Assembly: GCA_965237955.1 (NCBI GenBank)
Contig: OZ250169.1
Span: 1,664,001-1,728,000, forward strand
Direction of reading: 5' to 3'
Origin: Candidatus Marinacidobacterales bacterium
GTDB lineage: Bacteria; Acidobacteriota; Vicinamibacteria; Marinacidobacterales; SMYC01
DNA length: 64,000 bases
In this document: positions 19,956 through 29,552 of the stretch, in pieces
Layout of the letters: each line of letters opens with the position of its first letter
Numbering within the stretch: position 1 is the first letter of the stretch
Program-made: the position numbers and the translations under genes
Notes under the pieces: model-generated
The model's database searches: none
Told to the model about the DNA's origin: nothing
The model's input: the letters and a program-made list of their open reading frames with translations, nothing else

Positions 19956-20882
19956 TCAGGTGTCCAGTCCCATTTCCTCGAGCGAGTTCGCCATGAGAAT
20001 TCGCTCGAGGCACGCGTCGAGCTCCTCCTTTGAATCCATCACCTCGACTCGTGCAGTGACCGGCTCCGGTAGCGAGCCATACTTCTGAGCCAGCAGACGT
20101 AATAGCGTCTCGCGTTTCCCTTTCAGGACACCAGCCTTGACTCCCTTCTCCTCTCCCTCACGGAGGAGTTTATCCATCCATGTCAGGTCTACGTCTTGCA
20201 CTTTCCGATACTCCTTTCTCGCGATTAGCCGCCGATATCGCTTGATCTGTGCGTCTGAAAGCTCAAAATAGGTCTCGATGATGTTCACCAGCAAGAATTG
20301 CCTTGCTTCGTCGAGCTCGCTGGTAACGACCTGCTTCATCATCGAGGCTCGTAGGCGCTCGATATCGCCGCTCGAGGACCGATCCATCAGCGCCGCGAGC
20401 GCTGCTCCCACCGGGCCACCTTGTTTAAGATACTCCTCCGCATTCAACCGTTCCAGTCGCACGCTTTCGTAGCGAAAGCGAAGGACGTCCCGCCCAAAGA
20501 GCTTCACGTGGTATTCCTCTTGGCTCGTTCCCGCGTCCCCTCCGTGGAGATACAAGACGATCGGGAAGATGGGAATCTTGTATCGCGACCACAACAGGGC
20601 GTAGTACTCGAACATCCTCGCTTCGAACTCTCGCTCCGGTCGAGACTGGATTTCGACGTAGATCAGAACGAGCTCCGGGCTTCCATCAAAAGTCTCGAGC
20701 TTGGCAACGACATCGGCCTCACGGCGTTCGCCGTCGGGAAAGTCGATAAACATCTCCGTCTCCGGAAATTCGATGTCTTGGAATTGAAGCCGCGCTTCGA
20801 CGTCGGGGTAGAACAGCTTCAGGAAAACCTGGAAGAACTCGCGCAAGAACTCCTTGAAGCGCTGGTCGTGGCTCACATCCAT
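19956..20882 (-). CDS. Rpn/YhgA-like PD-(D/E)XK nuclease with C-terminal DUF4351-like domain
   Basis: HDQRFKE, ADVVAK, YVEIQ, RMFEYY, PIVLY; C-terminal GEEKG..LLRLLAQKYG. Confidence 0.85.
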   Translation of the reverse strand: MDVSHDQRFKEFLREFFQVFLKLFYPDVEARLQFQDIEFPETEMFIDFPDGERREADVVAKLETFDGSPELVLIYVEIQSRPEREFEARMFEYYALLWSRYKIPIFPIVLYLHGGDAGTSQEEYHVKLFGRDVLRFRYESVRLERLNAEEYLKQGGPVGAALAALMDRSSSGDIERLRASMMKQVVTSELDEARQFLLVNIIETYFELSDAQIKRYRRLIARKEYRKVQDVDLTWMDKLLREGEEKGVKAGVLKGKRETLLRLLAQKYGSLPEPVTARVEVMDSKEELDACLERILMANSLEEMGLDT

Positions 20883-20976
20883 CTCCTCTCACAAGAGAGA
20901 AGACGAGAAAAGGTACGCGGAACCTCCTTTGTCGCTCGTGCTTTTTTTGCCCGTAGCCGCTACGATGGGCGTCGGT

Positions 20977-23577
20977 ATGGAGCTCGAGCGAGGCACGTCG
21001 CTGGGTCACTACGAGATCGAGTCCCTCGTGGGTGCGGGGGGCATGGGCGAGGTGTACAAGGCCCGTGATACGAAGCTCGGCAGAGCCGTTGCCATCAAAG
21101 TCCTGCCCGAGGCACTAGCGCAAGACAAGGAGCGCCTCGACCGCTTCGAGCGCGAGGCCCGGCTTCTCGCGGCGTTGAACCATCCGAACATTGCGACGCT
21201 TCACGGGATGGAGCAATCGGGGGAGCTTCGGTTTCTGGTGATGGAGCTCGTCGAAGGCGAGACGCTCGCGGAGCGGATCGCGCGGGGTGCCATTCCGCTC
21301 GACGAAGCGGTTGCTCTGTTCGGTCAAATTGCCGAAGGGCTCGAGGCCGCGCACGAGAGAGGCATCGTCCACCTGGACCTCAAGCCTGCGAACATCAAGA
21401 TCTCTCCCGAAGGCCGGGTGAAGATTCTGGATTTCGGACTCGCCAAGGCGTTCTCCACCGACGGGGACGTTTCCGGGGAAACGTCTCAGTCTCCGACGTT
21501 GACTAGGGGCACCGCTCTCGGCGCCATCATGGGCACAGCGTCGTACATGAGCCCTGAGCAAGCGCGGGCGAAACCCATCGACAAGCGCACCGACATATGG
21601 GCCTTCGGCTGTTGCCTCTACGAAGCGCTGACGGGTCGGAAGGCGTTCGACGGTGAGACTGTAAGCGACATCATCGGCTCCGTGCTCCGCGACGAGCCCG
21701 ACACGAGCTCGTTGCCCGAGGAAGGCTCCCGTCTGATCGAGCGGTGTTTGAAGAAAGATCCGCGCGCGCGGATCCGTGACATCGGCGATGTGCGATGGGA
21801 ATTGAAGGAGCCGGTCGCGCCCACGAAGGTTGCGTCTCGACCAACGCTTTCGTTCGTGCCCTGGCTCCTGCTCGCGCTCGCGACGGCGGCGGGCCTCGGC
21901 TTCGCGTTCCGCGGCGTATCCAACGACGTTCGGGTAACGCGCTACATCACGAGCTTGCCGGAGGACGTGCGGATTGACGGCAATACGCCCGTACAACACG
22001 TGGCGTTTTCTCCCGACGGCTCACGCATCGTCTACGCGGTTCGAGGCAGCGGCGAGGACCTCCACCTTTACCTTTTGGAGCGAAACGAGTTCACCGCGAC
22101 GCGGATTCCCGGCACCGAGGGCGCACAGAATCCTTTTTTCTCGCCCGACGGCAATTGGATTGGGTTTTTTGCCGGTGACAATTTGAAAAAGATTTCGCTG
22201 GCCGGGGGCGCGCCGATCACGATCTGCGAAGCCGACCGCAGCCCCGGCGCGAGCTGGGGTCCCGACGATACCATCATCTACCCGGGCTCCTACCAGGGTG
22301 GCTTGATGACGGTATCTGCCGGCGGTGGCGAGCCGAAGGCGCTGACGACGTTAGCTCCGGGAGAGACGGGGCACCGCTGGCCGCAACATCTACCCGACGG
22401 AGAGCGCATCCTGTTCTCGATTCGAGCCGAGACCGGTACGCAGATTGCCGTCGAGTCGCTGCGAACGGGTGAGAGAAAGACGCTGTTCGACGAAAGCTCG
22501 GGAGTGACGCAGGCGCTCTATCTTCTCTCGGGTCACCTTCTCTACGATCAGCCCGGGAGTCTACTAGCGTCCGCGTTCGATGTGGATGCTCTGGAGACGG
22601 TCAGCACACCAGCGTCCGTTCTGGATGGTGCCCATACGCACCAGGTAGGCGGACTCACCCACTTCGCGGTCTCGGGAACGGGAGATATCGTCTTTTTGCC
22701 CAGCTCGGCCACACGCACGATGGCGTCTCTTCGTGAGTTGACCCGTGATCGAGAGTGGTTGGAGCTCTCAGAAGTTCACCGCCGGTTCAGATACCTGGCT
22801 TTGGACCCGGAGGGCCAGCGAATCGCTCTCAACATTGCCGGTGATGACGGTGACGGTGAGATCTGGTTGTACGACATCGTCCGCTCCTCGCTCTCTCCTC
22901 TATCGCGGGAAGGGGCTTCCTACTTCAGACCCGTGTGGACGCCAGACGGCCGCCGCGTGACCTTTGCGCGCAGCCAGGGCGGCCTCGCCCCCAATCTCTA
23001 CTGCACGCCGGCCGATGGCAGCGGTAACGCTATCGAGCTTCTCGAAGGTGGTGGGGCTCGTTTCCCAAGCTCGTGGACGCCCGACGAAACTGCCCTGGTG
23101 TGGGGGAACGCGTTCATCATCGAGGTGCTGCGCACCGATGGTGGGAGCGAGCGGTATATGACTGGGGCGTGGCGGGTTGGGGCTCAAACCTTGTCTCGGG
23201 ACGGTCGCTGGCTCGCCTATGTCTCCAGTGATTCTGGTCGACCCGAGGTGTACGTCACGTCGTTTCCCACTCCGGGAGCTCGGGTCCCAGTTTCGATCGA
23301 AGGTGGAGACGTTCCCAGGTGGTCGTCGGACGGTCGAAGGCTTTATTTCCTCAGCGGTCCGCGCATCATGGTCGTCGATGTCGATATTGAGACGGCAGCA
23401 GAGAGTTTTGTTGCCGGTGTCCCGCAATTGGTTGCCGAGGCGGACGTGATCGATTTCGATGTGACTCCGGATGATCGCATCATCGCGATCTGGCCCGAGG
23501 GCTCACGGGGATGGGATCGGCTCCACGTCGTCCTCAATTGGTTCGAGAGACTGAAAGAGCTCGTGCCGGTCGAATGA
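20977..23577 (+). CDS. Ser/Thr protein kinase + TM + PD40/TolB-like beta-propeller
   Basis: GAGGMGEVY, HLDLKP (non-RD), DFG, GTASYMSPEQ; FSPDG repeats; terminal VVLNWFERLK. Confidence 0.93.
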   Translation: MELERGTSLGHYEIESLVGAGGMGEVYKARDTKLGRAVAIKVLPEALAQDKERLDRFEREARLLAALNHPNIATLHGMEQSGELRFLVMELVEGETLAERIARGAIPLDEAVALFGQIAEGLEAAHERGIVHLDLKPANIKISPEGRVKILDFGLAKAFSTDGDVSGETSQSPTLTRGTALGAIMGTASYMSPEQARAKPIDKRTDIWAFGCCLYEALTGRKAFDGETVSDIIGSVLRDEPDTSSLPEEGSRLIERCLKKDPRARIRDIGDVRWELKEPVAPTKVASRPTLSFVPWLLLALATAAGLGFAFRGVSNDVRVTRYITSLPEDVRIDGNTPVQHVAFSPDGSRIVYAVRGSGEDLHLYLLERNEFTATRIPGTEGAQNPFFSPDGNWIGFFAGDNLKKISLAGGAPITICEADRSPGASWGPDDTIIYPGSYQGGLMTVSAGGGEPKALTTLAPGETGHRWPQHLPDGERILFSIRAETGTQIAVESLRTGERKTLFDESSGVTQALYLLSGHLLYDQPGSLLASAFDVDALETVSTPASVLDGAHTHQVGGLTHFAVSGTGDIVFLPSSATRTMASLRELTRDREWLELSEVHRRFRYLALDPEGQRIALNIAGDDGDGEIWLYDIVRSSLSPLSREGASYFRPVWTPDGRRVTFARSQGGLAPNLYCTPADGSGNAIELLEGGGARFPSSWTPDETALVWGNAFIIEVLRTDGGSERYMTGAWRVGAQTLSRDGRWLAYVSSDSGRPEVYVTSFPTPGARVPVSIEGGDVPRWSSDGRRLYFLSGPRIMVVDVDIETAAESFVAGVPQLVAEADVIDFDVTPDDRIIAIWPEGSRGWDRLHVVLNWFERLKELVPVE

Positions 23578-23581
23578 ACGG

Positions 23582-24097
23582 CTAATCCCTGAACCTCTGC
23601 TCGAAGGCGAGTAGCTCGGGCTTCAATTGGCGAGCTTGCTCGAGTGCGGTGAGCAGGTCTCCGCCATCAGCGGTGGACTTCACCGCGCGGTAGCGCTCGC
23701 CGAACGCCTCTAGCTCACTTGGCGCATCTGCGCCGGCACCGCGGGAGCGGGCGATTGCCATCAAGCCGTCGAGCTCCTGGAGGCATCGCTCGAGGTGTCG
23801 CTCCACGATACTTCTTTCGATCGTCGACACGTCGAACGCGTCGTCGGCGTGCATCACCGTCTCGGCGGCCGCATGGATAGCGGCAAGGTAGCTGCCATCC
23901 TCGGTGAGGCTTTGCGCGGTCGCGAGCGCCGATTCGGCGTGGCCAAGTCGTTCGGGGGCGAATATCGCAGCGTCGACCGATCGAGCTGCCTCGACGCGAT
24001 TCGCTGCTAAGCTGAGCTCGGCGTCGGGCGCTTGCGCACAAGCGCTGGAAAAAAATAACGCAAAGGCGCAAAGGCGCAGAGGCGCAAAGTCAGGCAC
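23582..24097 (-). CDS. Putative lipoprotein (DUF4398-like helical)
   Basis: GTG at 24097 with AAGGGA SD; lipobox-like FSSAC; alanine-rich helices. Confidence 0.6.
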   Translation of the reverse strand: MPDFAPLRLCAFALFFSSACAQAPDAELSLAANRVEAARSVDAAIFAPERLGHAESALATAQSLTEDGSYLAAIHAAAETVMHADDAFDVSTIERSIVERHLERCLQELDGLMAIARSRGAGADAPSELEAFGERYRAVKSTADGGDLLTALEQARQLKPELLAFEQRFRD

Positions 24098-24145
24098 GGT
24101 TCCCTTTGCGTCTTCGCGTCTTGGCGCCTTTGCGTTGATTTTTTC
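24049..24145. repeat. Inverted repeat made of 8-nt CGCAAAGG-type units
   Basis: 33-nt arms 24057-24089 and 24104-24136, 14-nt loop, A-run and T-run extending the pairing. Confidence 0.9.
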
Positions 24146-25487
24146 TTCGGTAACTCGAGAGCACGCGATTGACGAGCGTCTCGGTCTCTCCGAGGTAGGC
24201 GTGGTAGTTGACGCAGTCCTCGATCTCCTTGCGCGTGAGGTGCTGGCGTACGACGGGGTGGGCCCGTACTGCGTCCGAGAACGACGCTTCGTTCCGGCGC
24301 GCCTCATCGGAAAGCTCTTTCACGATCGCGTGAGCGCGATCGCTCCCGATGGCGGCAGCGAGCTTCATGAGGAGTGCTTCGGAGCAGACGACGACGCCGG
24401 CCCGCTCTAGATTTCGCTCCATGTTTTCCGGCTTGACGATGAGGGTTTTGAGCACGCGCCGCATGAGCTCGAGCTGCGCGTCGACGAGAAGACAAGCCTC
24501 GGGAACGAACTTCCACGCGGTCTCCCCTTGCCGGTGGTCGTCTTCCCACTCGGCATGGATATAGTCGAGCGCCGGTAGGACGTTCGAGCGTAGAAGCCGC
24601 CCGAGAAAAACGATCGAGCCCGACGCGACCGGGTTTTGCTTGTGTGGCATGGCGGAGCTTCCCACCTTGCCGTCGGTGAACTCGGTCACTTCGTCGACGT
24701 CCGTCTGCTGGAGGTTGTAGATATTCTGCGCGATCTTGCCGAGCGTCGCCGAGAGCATGCCCAAGTGCACGACGAACTCCGCTAGACGATCGCCCGCGGT
24801 CTTTACCGGGATCGGTGCGATGCCGAGGTCGAGGCGTTGCATCAACTGCTTTTGTACGCGCAGTCCCTTTTTCCCGAGCGACGCGAGCGTTCCCACTGCG
24901 CCGCCGAACTCGCCGACGAGCACCCGCTTGCGGCCTTCGAGCAGCCGGTCTTGGTGCCTCATGATTTCGTCGAGCCAAACCGCCGCTTTGAAACCGAATG
25001 TGACGGGAAGCGCGTGCTGACCGTGCGTCCTCCCCGCCATGATGGTGTCACGATGCTCGTCGGCGAGACCGGCCAGAAGCGAAGCCACCGCCTGAAGGTT
25101 GGCGAGAATGACAGAGTAGCTGTCCTTCACTTGGAGCGTCATGCCGGTGTCGAAGATGTTCTTGCTGGTGGCGCCCCAGTGCACGTAACCAGCGGACGCC
25201 GGAGACAGCTTCTTGCGTAGGCCATCGACGAGGGGAACGACGGGATTCCATGTGCGGTCGAACGATCGTTTCAAAGCTTTGAGATCGAGGTTCTCGATGC
25301 GCGCTTTCTGAGCGATCTCTCGCGCCGCCTTCTTGGGTACGAGCCCGAGCTCCGCCTCGACTTTCGCGAGTGCCGCCTCGACGTTGAGCCACCGCTGAAG
25401 TGTTGCGCGATCGTTCCAGAGCTTCCGCATCGCGGGGCTTCCGAAGCGGTCTTTGAAATAGAAAGAGTCGAAAACCGTTGATGGCAT
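24090..25487 (-). CDS. Adenylosuccinate lyase / 3-carboxymuconate cycloisomerase family protein
   Basis: HWGATS, GRTHGQHA, GSSAMPHKQNP fumarase-superfamily signature. Confidence 0.88.
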   Translation of the reverse strand: MPSTVFDSFYFKDRFGSPAMRKLWNDRATLQRWLNVEAALAKVEAELGLVPKKAAREIAQKARIENLDLKALKRSFDRTWNPVVPLVDGLRKKLSPASAGYVHWGATSKNIFDTGMTLQVKDSYSVILANLQAVASLLAGLADEHRDTIMAGRTHGQHALPVTFGFKAAVWLDEIMRHQDRLLEGRKRVLVGEFGGAVGTLASLGKKGLRVQKQLMQRLDLGIAPIPVKTAGDRLAEFVVHLGMLSATLGKIAQNIYNLQQTDVDEVTEFTDGKVGSSAMPHKQNPVASGSIVFLGRLLRSNVLPALDYIHAEWEDDHRQGETAWKFVPEACLLVDAQLELMRRVLKTLIVKPENMERNLERAGVVVCSEALLMKLAAAIGSDRAHAIVKELSDEARRNEASFSDAVRAHPVVRQHLTRKEIEDCVNYHAYLGETETLVNRVLSSYRRKNQRKGAKTRRRKGNRA

Positions 25488-25781
25488 CTATGTCCGCGCG
25501 CGCACTTTGGAGACTTTCTTTTCCATCTCCTCTTCGAGCCGTCCCTTCTCTTTTTTCAGCTCGGCGCGGAGGACTTCGGCTTCTTCGAAAGAACCGACCG
25601 CCCGGAGCGTGCCTTCGTGCTGGATCTCGAGCTCGGCAATCTGGGCGCGACAGCGGCTGCGGATATCGGCGATTTCCGCCTTCTGCTCGTCGGTGAGCTT
25701 CACCTCTTCGTAGTCGCCCCGCGCCCGGAGCTTCTCCATCGCCAGTTCGACCGCGGATTTCGGGGCGTCATCGTCCAACAT
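25488..25781 (-). CDS. Conserved hypothetical coiled-coil protein
   Basis: KSAVELAMEKL N-terminus, charged helices; abuts lyase gene. Confidence 0.7.
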   Translation of the reverse strand: MLDDDAPKSAVELAMEKLRARGDYEEVKLTDEQKAEIADIRSRCRAQIAELEIQHEGTLRAVGSFEEAEVLRAELKKEKGRLEEEMEKKVSKVRART

Positions 25782-25822
25782 GACCCGATGATATACTACG
25801 CGCTCGCGAAAGGAGCAATTGG

Positions 25823-26044
25823 ATGGCCGAGATCACTGTGCTCAACAATGGGCCGCTGCGCGCGAAAGGCGAAGTGACGTTGAAGGACGCCGAAGGCAAC
25901 ACTTATGACCTCAAGGGACGAGACGCGATCTCGCTCTGCCGGTGTGGGCACTCCGAGAACAAACCTTTTTGTGATGGCTCCCACAACCGACAAGGATTTC
26001 AGCACGAGTCCAAAGCCTTCGATCTCCCGGAAAAGAAAGGCTGA
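25823..26044 (+). CDS. CDGSH iron-sulfur domain protein
   Basis: LCRCGHSENKPFCDGSH; AAGGAG SD. Confidence 0.95.
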   Translation: MAEITVLNNGPLRAKGEVTLKDAEGNTYDLKGRDAISLCRCGHSENKPFCDGSHNRQGFQHESKAFDLPEKKG

Positions 26045-26050
26045 GTAGCT

Positions 26051-26447
26051 ATGGTTACGATACCGGAGGACTATCGAGACATTCTGGACAAGAAGGCGTT
26101 CGTCCACCTCGCAACGAAGATGCGGGACGGGAAGCCCGCAAGTGAGCCCGGTGTGGGCCGAGTACGACGGCGATTACATCGTCGTGAATTCGGCGAAGGG
26201 CCGCCTCAAGGACCGTAGCATGCGAGCCGACGACCGGGTCGCCGTGTCTGCGACCGACCCCGACAACCCGTATCGGGCGCTCATGATTCGGGGGCGCATT
26301 ACGAAGATCACCGAAGAGGGCGCCGACGAGCACATCGACCGCCTTGCGAAGAAATACTTGAACGAAGACAAGTATCCGTACCGCGTGCCTGACGAAGTCC
26401 GCGTGAAGTACTACATCGAACCAATCAAAGTCGCGACGATGGGCTGA
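26051..26447 (+). CDS. PPOX-class (split-barrel) F420/flavin-dependent oxidoreductase; frameshift near 26135
   Basis: LATKMRDGKPQVSPVW, GRLK, DRLAKKY; extra C in AAGCCCGCAA. Confidence 0.85.
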
Positions 26448-26452
26448 TCGCG

Positions 26453-27680
26453 ATGCGCTGGTGCCTGCTTCTCCTGATGGGCCTGCTCGGCTTGTACGCT
26501 CGACCAGCGAGCAGCCAGATGGAGACGCTGGTGCTCACCAAACGCGAACGTCATCGACGGCTCGAGCGAGTCTCCGAGCCTGGGTCGCGCGGTTGTCGTC
26601 GTCGACGGTCGTATCGTTTCCAGCGTTGCCGCGGACGCTGCCCCCAGCGGAGGCGTCGTCCATGACCTGAAGGGTAAATACCTGCTGCCCGGTCTCGTGG
26701 ACGCGCACGTGCACATAGGGAGCACGAGTCAAGATCGGAGAGCTCTTCGGACCGGCATCACCACGGTGCGCAGCATGGGTACGGGCAACTACGCGGACGT
26801 CGGCCTGCGCGAGCTCGCCGCGAAGGGGATCATCGAATCGCCCGAGATTCTCGCGGCCGGCTACCACGTGAGGACGCATCCTGCGGAGTCGTTGTTCATC
26901 AACGATCCGAGTCTCTCGGACCTGTGGTCGGGTGTTCATGGTGCCGACGCCTACCGTCGAGTGACCGCGGTGAACCTCGAGCGCGGCGTCGACTGGATCA
27001 AGATCACGTCGACCGAGCGAGCGGGGCTGCCCAACACCGATCCACGAAAACAAACGATGCCCGTGGACGAGATCACGGCCGTGGTCGATGAAGCCACGAA
27101 CCGCGGGGTGCCGGTCGCCTGCCACGCCCACGGCGACGAAGGTGGCCGCGCTGCCGTTCTCGGTGGCGTGCGCAGCATCGAACATGGAACGTATCTCAGC
27201 GAAGAGACGTTGACGCTCATGAAAGAGCGGGGCACGTTCCTCGTTCCTACAGTAGCGGTCGTGGAGGATCTGATGAATCCCGGCGGGGATTATGACGATC
27301 CGGTGCTTCAGGTGCGCGGACGTCACATGCTGCCACGGGTGATGGAAGCGGTAAGGACGGCTCACCGCCTGGGCGTGAAAATTGTCGCTGCCACCGATAC
27401 CGGTTTTCGGCCGGACAGTACGCTCACGTTGCAGCACGAGATCGAGGCGTTGACGAAGTGCGGCTTGTCCCCGATGGAAGCAATCCAAGCGGCGACGAGT
27501 GTTGCTGCCGAGCTCCTCGAAATCGACGATCGCACCGGCACTATCCGGCAAGGCTATGAAGCGGATCTCATCGTCGTGGATCAGAATCCACTCGAGAACA
27601 TCCTGTCGCTGCAAGATGTCCTGTTGGTCGTGAACAACGGCAAGGTGGTGCTGGACCGACTCAGCTTTGCACTCGAATAA
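26453..27680 (+). CDS. Secreted amidohydrolase (Xaa-Pro dipeptidase-like); frameshift near 26540
   Basis: PGLVDAHVH, DWIK, HAHG, SIEHG, ATD, GYEADL. Confidence 0.88.
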
Positions 27681-27714
27681 GGGGCGAGCGGAAGAACCGT
27701 TCGTTATCAACAGC

Positions 27715-27936
27715 ATGCTGTCGCTCGTCATGGCGACGGCGTGGCTTTTCATCAAGCGCGAGTATCTTCTCGAGCACTTCTACTTCAGCCAGCTTCTCGC
27801 ATTGACCCACCTGGTGACGCTCGGCTTTCTTTCGTCGCTCATGATGGGCGTCCTCCACCGCTTGAGCCCGACTCTGCTCGGCGTCGGAGCGTCATCGTAT
27901 TGGGTCGGGCGCGCTCAGTTCGGGTTCTACTTCTAA
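27715..27936 (+). pseudogene. N-terminal fragment of a multi-TM membrane protein
   Basis: LALTHLVTLGF..MMGVLHRLSP motif; only about 73 aa before stop against convergent folE. Confidence 0.45.
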
Positions 27937-27949
27937 TCAATCGAACATG

Positions 27950-28543
27950 TCAGCTAATGCTCGAGAGGAACTCGGAGCGCAGATCGCTTTCGTCCGCGAA
28001 CGCTCCGGTGAAGTGTTGCGTCACGGTACGCGTGCCTTCGCGGGAGACGCCTCTCGTCGTCATGCAGGTTTGGTCGGTGTCGAGAACGACAGCGGTTCCG
28101 GCTGCGTCCACGTGCTTCGAGAGAGCTTCCGCAATCTGGCGCGTTACCGACTCTTGGATCTCGAGGCGGTGTGCGTAGCAATCCACGAGCCGTGCGAGAC
28201 TCGAAAGCGAGGCGAGCTTTTTGCCCGGGATGTAGGCCACGTGAGCGCGGCCATGAAACGGCAGCAGATGATGGGGGCACATCCCGTGGAAAGGGATTTC
28301 CTTGAGCAACACCATCTGCGAAGATCCGCCGACGGTTGGACTCTCATAGGTATCTTTCAAGATCGCGGCGGGGTCGGCCTCGTACCCGTCGAGGTAGGAC
28401 TCGATCCAAGAGCGCGCGACTTTGTCCGGGGTCTCCTCGAGGTCGGTTCCTTCCACTTCGAGGCCGGCGGCTTCGAGGAGCGACCGGATGGCGTCGCGCA
28501 TCGCAGCCACGTCGAAGCGCTCAGGCTTCGGCTGGCTGGCCAT
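27950..28543 (-). CDS. folE: GTP cyclohydrolase I homologue (divergent active site)
   Basis: ETPDKVAR, MCPHHLLPFHG, VAYIP, RLEIQE, QTCMTTRGV. Confidence 0.88.
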   Translation of the reverse strand: MASQPKPERFDVAAMRDAIRSLLEAAGLEVEGTDLEETPDKVARSWIESYLDGYEADPAAILKDTYESPTVGGSSQMVLLKEIPFHGMCPHHLLPFHGRAHVAYIPGKKLASLSSLARLVDCYAHRLEIQESVTRQIAEALSKHVDAAGTAVVLDTDQTCMTTRGVSREGTRTVTQHFTGAFADESDLRSEFLSSIS

Positions 28544-28892
28544 CAGGCTCTCCGCGATAGATGACGGCGGCGTCATCGGTCTCGTACAACTGCATCTCTT
28601 TCAGACCCTCGAGATGCGGTTGAAGCTGTCCCCACATCCACACGACCACGTTCTCTGCGGTCGGGTTTTCGAGCACCCGATTGAGATCGTTGTGGTCGAT
28701 ATCGTCGAGCACGTGCTCGTGCACGAGCCCTTTGACTTTCACGAAGTCGATGGAAAGTCCCGTCTTGGGGTCGACCGGCCCCTCAACGAAGACGAGAAGC
28801 TTGTAGTTGTGTCCGTGGGTGTGAAAGCAGGGGCCTTCGTAGAAGGGAAGCCGGTGGGCGGCGTTGAACTGAAACTCGACGCGAAGAATCAC
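28521..28892 (-). CDS. queD: 6-carboxytetrahydropterin synthase / PTPS
   Basis: FNAAHRL, CFHTHGHNY, DH, NPTAEN, YET. Confidence 0.92.
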   Translation of the reverse strand: MILRVEFQFNAAHRLPFYEGPCFHTHGHNYKLLVFVEGPVDPKTGLSIDFVKVKGLVHEHVLDDIDHNDLNRVLENPTAENVVVWMWGQLQPHLEGLKEMQLYETDDAAVIYRGEPDGQPAEA

Positions 28893-28916
28893 GGTCGTGC
28901 TCCCCGCCCTCGGCGT

Positions 28917-29468
28917 TTAGACGCCGATGACCTGAGCGGTGACGCTCCTCTCGCGCGGACCGTCGAACTCGGCGAAGAGGATGCTCTGCCATTGACCGAG
29001 AGGAATCTCGCCATTTTGGATGGGGAGCGTCACATTGTGGCCGAGAACGAGCGCTCGGATGTGGGCTTCGGCGTTCTTGCGCTCGCAGTCGGAGCAATCC
29101 TCGCAATCGTGCAAGTAGCCGTGCTCGCTATTGGCGAGGCCCTCGAGAAAATGCTTGACGTCGGCCATGAGCGCAGCCTGGAACTCGTTGATGAACACGG
29201 CGGTCGTCGTGTGCAGCGTGGACAGGACGAGGAAACCGGCTTTGATTCCCGAGGATTTCACCAAGTCTTTGATCCGGTCGGTGACGTTGTAGAGCTCGAC
29301 ACGCGAATCGGTAACGACTTTGAGCGTGCGGGAGAATATCTTGAGCGTTCCGTTCAGCTCCTGCAGGGAATCATTGGTCGTGGCGAACGCCTGTAGCGCC
29401 TGGCCCAGTCCGTTGCCACCATTGACTCCGTTCGTTCCACTGGCGATCTCGGACGCCCTCGTGTTCAT
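28917..29468 (-). CDS. yjbQ: YjbQ/UPF0047 family protein
   Basis: LHTTTAVFINE, NAEAHIRA, LGQWQSILFAEFDGPRER; AAGGAG SD before ATG 29468. Confidence 0.9.
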   Translation of the reverse strand: MNTRASEIASGTNGVNGGNGLGQALQAFATTNDSLQELNGTLKIFSRTLKVVTDSRVELYNVTDRIKDLVKSSGIKAGFLVLSTLHTTTAVFINEFQAALMADVKHFLEGLANSEHGYLHDCEDCSDCERKNAEAHIRALVLGHNVTLPIQNGEIPLGQWQSILFAEFDGPRERSVTAQVIGV

Positions 29469-29552
29469 GTCGTACTCCTTGGTCTGGTGCCGTGTGCTTG
29501 CCGGTCGGTCCTGTGCAATCTGCTCGGTCATGAACTCGTCGCTCACTCGTTA

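Noticed and set aside
19956-20882. Rpn gene as an IS transposase
   Set aside because: No terminal inverted repeats or target duplication seen; the family is a PD-(D/E)XK nuclease.
27950-28892. 7-deazaguanine DNA-modification (dpd) or complete queuosine cluster
   Set aside because: No queE, queC, queF, tgt or dpdA in the window.
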